Positions 58,773 through 64,000 of a stretch of DNA of 64,000 bases are shown in pieces (position 1 is the first letter of the stretch; every line of letters begins with the position of its first letter). The notes below the pieces were generated by a model. The model made no database searches. It saw nothing but the letters and a program-made list of their open reading frames with translations, and was not told the DNA's origin. The stretch spans positions 9,786 through 73,785 of the forward strand of contig DATJFG010000187.1 in NCBI GenBank assembly GCA_035495775.1, read 5' to 3'. The position numbers were made by a program, and so were the translations under genes. The DNA is from Verrucomicrobiia bacterium (GTDB taxonomy: Bacteria > Desulfobacterota > Binatia > UBA9968).

Positions 58773-59699
58773 ATGAGAATTGTGGTCACCGGCGGCGCCG
58801 GATTCATCGCCTCGCACATCGTCGACTCTTACATCGCCAAGGGCCACGAGGTCTTCGTGATCGACAATCTTTCGTCAGGACAGAAAGCCAACCTGAATCC
58901 CGGGGCCAAGCTTTATTCCATGGACATTCTCGATCCCAAAGTCCCCGGCGTCATCGGCGAGATTCGCCCCGACGTGCTGAACCATCATGCGGCGCAGATG
59001 GACGTGCGCCGCTCGGTTGCCGATCCTGTCTTCGACGCGACGACCAATATCCTCGGATTCTTAAATTTGCTGGAAGCGGGTCGAGCGGCGGGCTTGAGAA
59101 AAGTGATCTTCGCTTCTTCCGGCGGGGCGATGTACGGCGAGCAGGAAAAATATCCGGCGCCGGAGGATCATCCGACGCGACCGGCCAGCCCGTATGGCGT
59201 GAGCAAGCTCACCGGTGAGAATTATCTGGCTTACTATCATACGACCTTCGGCATCTCCTATATCGCGCTCCGCTACGCAAACGTTTACGGACCGCGGCAG
59301 AACTTCAAGGGCGAAGCGGGCGTGATCGCGATTTTCATCGACCAGCTTCTGTCGGGCCAGACGCCGGTGATCAACGGCGACGGAAAGCAGACCCGCGACT
59401 TCGTCTACGTGGGCGACGTCGCGGCGGCGAACCTGCTTGCGCTCGAGAACTCGTTCGTCGGCGGCATTAACATCGGCACCGGAATCGAGACCGACCTCAA
59501 CAGCCTTTACCAAAAACTCGCCGAACAGCTGAAGGCGAAAATCGCCGCCGTTCACGGCGCCGCCAAGGAAGGCGAGCAGCGCCGGAGCTGTCTCGACGCC
59601 GAGCGCGCAAAGAAAATTCTCGGCTGGACGCCAAAGACGACGCTCGATCGGGGGCTCGGCGAGACGATCGCGTATTACCGGAGAGCCAGAGCTTCATGA
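58773..59699 (+). CDS. NAD-dependent epimerase (UDP-glucose 4-epimerase-like)
   Basis: [21 protein letters not shown] (YxxxK), NVYGPRQ. Confidence 0.88.
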   Translation: MRIVVTGGAGFIASHIVDSYIAKGHEVFVIDNLSSGQKANLNPGAKLYSMDILDPKVPGVIGEIRPDVLNHHAAQMDVRRSVADPVFDATTNILGFLNLLEAGRAAGLRKVIFASSGGAMYGEQEKYPAPEDHPTRPASPYGVSKLTGENYLAYYHTTFGISYIALRYANVYGPRQNFKGEAGVIAIFIDQLLSGQTPVINGDGKQTRDFVYVGDVAAANLLALENSFVGGINIGTGIETDLNSLYQKLAEQLKAKIAAVHGAAKEGEQRRSCLDAERAKKILGWTPKTTLDRGLGETIAYYRRARAS

Positions 59700-61498
59700 G
59701 CGCAGAGCGCGTCCGGAACTTTTCCATCATCGCCCACATCGACCACGGCAAGTCCACACTGGCAGACCGTCTCCTCGAATACACGGGTGCCGTCAGCGAG
59801 CGCGAGAAAACCGCTCAATTTCTCGACAGCATGGAACTCGAGCGCGAGCGCGGCATCACGATCAAGGCGAGTCCGGTGCGCTTGAGCTACCGCGCCGCCG
59901 ACGGCAACGAATACACGCTCAATTTAATCGACACCCCTGGCCACGTCGACTTCACCTACGAGGTGTCGCGCAGCCTCGCCGCGTGCGAAGGCGCACTGCT
60001 CGTCGTCGATGCCGTGCAGGGGGTCGAAGCGCAGACAGTCGCGCACGTGCAGACCGCCATCGATAATAATCTCGAAGTGCTTCCGGTCATCAACAAGATC
60101 GATCTGCCGAGCGCCGATCCCGAGCGCGTCCGGCACGAGATCGAGGACGTGATCGGGATCGATGCTTCGCAGGCGATCCTCGCGAGCGCCAAGGAGGGGA
60201 TCGGCACCCGGGAGATCCTCGAAGGCATTGTGCATCATTTTCCGGCTCCGACGGGCGATTCCGACGCGCCGCTTCGCGCGCTCATTTTTGACAGCTGGTT
60301 CGATCCCTATCATGGCGCGGTCGTTGTCATGCGCGTCAAGGACGGTCTCGCCCGCAAGGGAATGGCAATTCGCATGATGGCCACGGGAAAGAGTTTTGAA
60401 ATCACGCGGCTCGGCATCTTCGCGCCGGCGCCGGTCGAGGTCGCGGAGCTCAAGGCCGGCGACGTCGGGTTTCTCATGGCGGGTATCAAGGAAATCCGCG
60501 ACACCAGCATCGGTGATACCGTGACCGAGGCGGCACGGCCGGCCACGGAACCTCTGCCTGGATTCAAGCCGATGAAGCCGATGGTCTTCAGCGGCTTGTA
60601 TCCGGCGGACTCCGGCCAATACCAGGCGCTCCGCGATGCGCTCGAAAAGCTACGGCTGAACGATTCGGCATTCACGTTCGAGCCGGAGACTTCGCAGGCC
60701 CTGGGCTTTGGCTTCCGGTGCGGCTTTCTCGGCCTCCTCCATTTAGACATCGTGCGCGAGCGTCTCGAGCGTGAGTACAGCGTCACGCTGATCACCACGG
60801 CGCCGACGGTCGTCTACCGCGTCGTTAAGCTCTCGGGTGAAGTGCTGATGATCGACAATCCGGTAAAACTGCCGCCGGAAGCCGAAGTCGAGCGGATCGA
60901 GGAGCCCGTGATCACCGCGATGATTCATCTGCCTCAAGAATACTTGGGCGGTGTCTTGGGTCTCTGTGAGGAAAAGCGCGGCATCCAAAAAGAGATCCGC
61001 TACCTGGGGCCGAATCGAGTCATGCTCACGTACGAGCTGCCGATGACGGAGATCGTCGTCGATTTCTACGATCGGCTCAAATCACTGAGCCGTGGCTACG
61101 CGTCCATGGATTACGAGCTTGCGGGGTATCGGCCCGGCGATCTCGTTCGCCTCGATATTCGCATCAACGGCGATCCGATGGATGCGATGTCGATGATTAC
61201 CCATCGCGACAAGGCATACCCGCGGGGGCGCGACCTCGTTCAGCGGCTGCGCGAGGTGATTCCTCGCCAGCTTTTTGAGGTCGTCATCCAAGCGGCGGTC
61301 GGCAGTCGTATCATCGCTCGCGAGAGCGTCAAACCGCTTCGCAAAAATGTGACGGCGAAATGCTACGGCGGCGACATTACTCGCAAGCGCAAGTTGTTAG
61401 AGAAGCAGAAGGAAGGCAAGAAGCGGATGAAGCAGGTCGGTCAGGTAGAAATTCCACAAGAGGCGTTCCTCGCGGCGCTCAAGCCTGGTGAAAAGTAA
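59696..61498 (+). CDS. lepA: Translation elongation factor 4
   Basis: [41 protein letters not shown]. Confidence 0.97.
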   Translation: MSAERVRNFSIIAHIDHGKSTLADRLLEYTGAVSEREKTAQFLDSMELERERGITIKASPVRLSYRAADGNEYTLNLIDTPGHVDFTYEVSRSLAACEGALLVVDAVQGVEAQTVAHVQTAIDNNLEVLPVINKIDLPSADPERVRHEIEDVIGIDASQAILASAKEGIGTREILEGIVHHFPAPTGDSDAPLRALIFDSWFDPYHGAVVVMRVKDGLARKGMAIRMMATGKSFEITRLGIFAPAPVEVAELKAGDVGFLMAGIKEIRDTSIGDTVTEAARPATEPLPGFKPMKPMVFSGLYPADSGQYQALRDALEKLRLNDSAFTFEPETSQALGFGFRCGFLGLLHLDIVRERLEREYSVTLITTAPTVVYRVVKLSGEVLMIDNPVKLPPEAEVERIEEPVITAMIHLPQEYLGGVLGLCEEKRGIQKEIRYLGPNRVMLTYELPMTEIVVDFYDRLKSLSRGYASMDYELAGYRPGDLVRLDIRINGDPMDAMSMITHRDKAYPRGRDLVQRLREVIPRQLFEVVIQAAVGSRIIARESVKPLRKNVTAKCYGGDITRKRKLLEKQKEGKKRMKQVGQVEIPQEAFLAALKPGEK

Positions 61499-61620
61499 CT
61501 CACCCGAAACCTCGAAGCTGTGGTTTGTCATCCGCTGCGCTTCATGTCATTCTAATATTTCGGCGCGCCTGCGCGCCGGCGGGAATTCGAAAGGGGACTT
61601 TGAATCACGTGGCACAGGAA

Positions 61621-62241
61621 ATGGCCGTAGAGAACAAAAAAGTTAAATCGACGCTTCGCGAATACGTCGAAGCGATCGGCATGGCGCTGCTGCTGGCGCT
61701 GTTCATCCGCACTTTCATCGTGCAGGCGTTCAAGATCCCCTCCGGCTCGATGATTCCCACGCTCCAGATCGGCGACCATATCCTGGTCAATAAGTTAGCG
61801 TACGGCGTGCGCATTCCCGGCTGGGGGCATTATGCCGTGCAGTTCGGTACGCCTAAGCGCGGCGACGTCGTTGTTTTTATATTTCCCGAGGATCGGACCA
61901 AGGACTTCATTAAGCGCGTAATCGGTGTGGCTGGCGATACGGTGGAGATTCGTAACAAGAAGATATTCATCAACGGCAAGCCGATTGAGGATCCGCATGC
62001 TTATTTCGAGGGAGATGATCTTCCCGGCGGCGTCCAAATGAAAGATGAATACGGACCGAAGACTGTCCCGGAAAATCACATTTTCGTCATGGGCGACAAT
62101 CGCGACAAGAGTTACGACAGCCGGTTCTGGGGCTACGTGGATTTAAACGACGTCAAGGGAAAAGCGTTTTTGATCTACTGGTCGTGGGACGGCGGCGATC
62201 GATGGGTGAGATGGGAGCGGCTGGGCGACATTATTTACTAG
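61621..62241 (+). CDS. lepB: Signal peptidase I
   Basis: IPSGSM, FIKRVIG, MGDNRD.SYDSRFWG; lepA-lepB synteny. Confidence 0.95.
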   Translation: MAVENKKVKSTLREYVEAIGMALLLALFIRTFIVQAFKIPSGSMIPTLQIGDHILVNKLAYGVRIPGWGHYAVQFGTPKRGDVVVFIFPEDRTKDFIKRVIGVAGDTVEIRNKKIFINGKPIEDPHAYFEGDDLPGGVQMKDEYGPKTVPENHIFVMGDNRDKSYDSRFWGYVDLNDVKGKAFLIYWSWDGGDRWVRWERLGDIIY

Positions 62242-62406
62242 ATTAAGGCGCCCGCGGCAGCAGCCGTCATCCGATCGATTCTAACGCGTTATCGAATCGT
62301 AAAATTCCGAAATCCCGCATTTTTCATCGTCCGCGGTATATCCACGAAAGCCCTGAATTGAATTCCCCGCCTCCTGCATGTATCGTGTCATTCCGGGGAT
62401 TTAGCG

Positions 62407-62820
62407 GTGCCGGAAAGCCTTTTTGAACAACTCGGCGGCGCAGCAAAGCTGCGCGAAATAATCGACGTGTTCATCGACCGCGTCTTCGATGACCGGATGA
62501 TCGGTTTTTTCTTCCGCAATGTGGATCGTCGGAAGATCAAGGAGCTGGAGTACCAGCTGACGGCGGAATTTCTCGGTGGGCCGGTCGAGTACCGCGGCCG
62601 CCCGCTCGACCAGGCGCATGGCAAGCACCCGATCATGGGCGGCCAGTTCGCCCGACGGATGAAGATCCTGAACGATACGCTCGATGAGTTTCGCGTACCT
62701 GAGGCTGTTCGCGCGGCTTGGATCGAGCACAATGAAAAGCTGCGAGCCCTGATTACGCCGAATAGCGGGTCCGATTGCGATCCCATCCAAGCCGGCAAAA
62801 AATCCGTCCAAGGACGTTAA
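62407..62820 (+). CDS. Group I-like truncated hemoglobin (2/2 globin)
   Basis: SLFEQLGG, IGFFF, FLGGPVEYRGRPL..AH (proximal His). Confidence 0.82.
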   Translation: MPESLFEQLGGAAKLREIIDVFIDRVFDDRMIGFFFRNVDRRKIKELEYQLTAEFLGGPVEYRGRPLDQAHGKHPIMGGQFARRMKILNDTLDEFRVPEAVRAAWIEHNEKLRALITPNSGSDCDPIQAGKKSVQGR

Positions 62821-62850
62821 CGTAACGGATGCTGCGGTGAGAATGGCGCG

Positions 62851-63726
62851 GTGAAGCTTCGCGAAATATATGCCCGTCCGGGCAAAGTGTTTTCGATCGA
62901 ATTCTTTCCTCCTAAAACCGAAAAGGGCGACGAGAGCCTGTTCAAAGAAGTCGCGGCGCTTCAAAGCTTGAAGCCGGCGTTCTGCTCGGTCACTTACGGG
63001 GCTGGGGGCAGCACGCGCGAGCGCACGGTCGATCTCGTTGACCGCATTCATAAAGAATGCTGTCAGGAAGTGATGTGCCATCTGACGGTGGTCGGCCAGT
63101 CGAAGGAGCAGGTGCGCTCCGTGCTCAAGCGGCTGAAAGAAAAAAACATCGAGAATCTGATCGCGTTAAGCGGCGATCCGCCGCAGGGCGTGGCCGACTG
63201 GAAGCCGCATCCCGACGGGTTCACGCACTCGATCGAGCTCGTCCACGAGGCGATGGCGTACGGCTGCTTCTCGATCGCCGTTGCCGGGTTCCCCGAGGTC
63301 CATCCGCGAGCCGAAAGCCGCGAGGATGATCTCAAACATCTCAAAGAGAAAGTCGAAGCCGGCGCCGACGTGATTATCACGCAGCTATTTTTCGACAACG
63401 CTCATTATTACCGTTTCGTCGAAGATCTGAGACGCCTCGGTGTTACAGTGCCGATCGTTCCGGGCCTCCTGCCCATCCTCTCCGCGGCCCAGGTGCGGCG
63501 CTTTACCGATCTCTGCGGCGCAAAGATTCCGGCCAAGCTGCACGAGCGTCTCGCAAAGGTGGAAAACGACGACGACGAAGCCGTGAAGCTCGGCATCGAG
63601 TACGCCACCGAACAATGCCGCAACCTGCTCGATTTCGGCGCGCCCGGCCTGCATTTCTATTCACTCAACAAGGCGCGCTCGGTCCTGGCGATTTTCGAGA
63701 ACCTTGGCCTCGGCCCGAATCGATGA
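62851..63726 (+). CDS. metF: 5,10-methylenetetrahydrofolate reductase
   Basis: SIEFFPPK, SVTYGAGG, GDPP, PEVHP, ITQLFFD, GLHFYSLN. Confidence 0.95.
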   Translation: MKLREIYARPGKVFSIEFFPPKTEKGDESLFKEVAALQSLKPAFCSVTYGAGGSTRERTVDLVDRIHKECCQEVMCHLTVVGQSKEQVRSVLKRLKEKNIENLIALSGDPPQGVADWKPHPDGFTHSIELVHEAMAYGCFSIAVAGFPEVHPRAESREDDLKHLKEKVEAGADVIITQLFFDNAHYYRFVEDLRRLGVTVPIVPGLLPILSAAQVRRFTDLCGAKIPAKLHERLAKVENDDDEAVKLGIEYATEQCRNLLDFGAPGLHFYSLNKARSVLAIFENLGLGPNR

Positions 63727-63819
63727 TGGGCCTCTAGCCGCCCGTCGAATTGAATTCGACGCTTCCCGATAGTAAGGTAGGAAGATATTTTTCGCGCCGC
63801 GAACGCGCGCCGAATAGAC

Positions 63820-64000
63820 ATGGACGAGACAACCGAACAAACGGAGGTGCGGCGGCAGAAGCTCTCAAAGCTCAAGGACGCAGGCGTCCCGCTTTACCCC
63901 AACAATTTCCAGCCCGAACATCTCTCCGCCGACATCGCCGCGCAATTCGGCGCGCTCGCCGACGATCAGCTGGCGGCAACCGGCGGCGGTTTTTCGCTTG
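63820..64000 (+). CDS. lysS: Lysine--tRNA ligase (class II), 5' fragment cut by the window end
   Basis: MDETTEQTEVRRQKLSKLKDAGVPLYPNNF matches the LysS N-terminal RxxKL..L...G..PYP..F pattern. Confidence 0.75.
   Translation, partial: MDETTEQTEVRRQKLSKLKDAGVPLYPNNFQPEHLSADIAAQFGALADDQLAATGGGFSL

Noticed and set aside
62242-62850. Possible SAM or SAH riboswitch ahead of metF
   Set aside because: Only 30 bp separate the globin from metF, and I recognise no riboswitch core upstream of the globin; the hairpin at 62276-62299 is more simply a 3' structure of lepB. An Rfam scan would settle it.

Overview
GC-rich bacterial chromosomal segment. Gene order and content (orphan NMT1/SsuA-like binding proteins, several UbiD paralogs, cupins) suggest a deltaproteobacterial-type lineage such as Candidatus Binatia; this is inference, not a search result. 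Most of the window is housekeeping: aroF-tyrA-aroA-cmk-rpsA-sppA-ihfB-HIT; an AAA+/VWA pair; merR-mutS-amidase-glnD-xerD-S2P-trpS-scpAB-rluB; a cyclophilin; system I cytochrome c maturation (ccmA-H); icd-mdh-sucCD-ndk-rlmN-mtnP-pfkB; nucleotide-sugar genes; lepA-lepB; a truncated globin; metF; and the start of lysS. An accessory region at about 23.1-39.7 kb holds an FRG-domain gene, a PocR-AraC regulator with an RCC1-repeat secreted protein, and the most interesting block. That block has three UbiD-family genes, two heme-oxygenase-like diiron (HDO) proteins, a DapA-family aldolase, a bicupin, an LpxL-like acyltransferase and three orphan binding proteins. One tightly coupled operon there pairs a UbiD lacking its catalytic Glu and much of its C-terminal domain, an acyltransferase with an altered catalytic dyad, and an apparently intact CADD/PqqC-like diiron protein. 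Other oddities are an aroA with no canonical start codon and a sigma54-like promoter inside the ccm cluster. I saw no tRNA, rRNA, CRISPR array or transposase.
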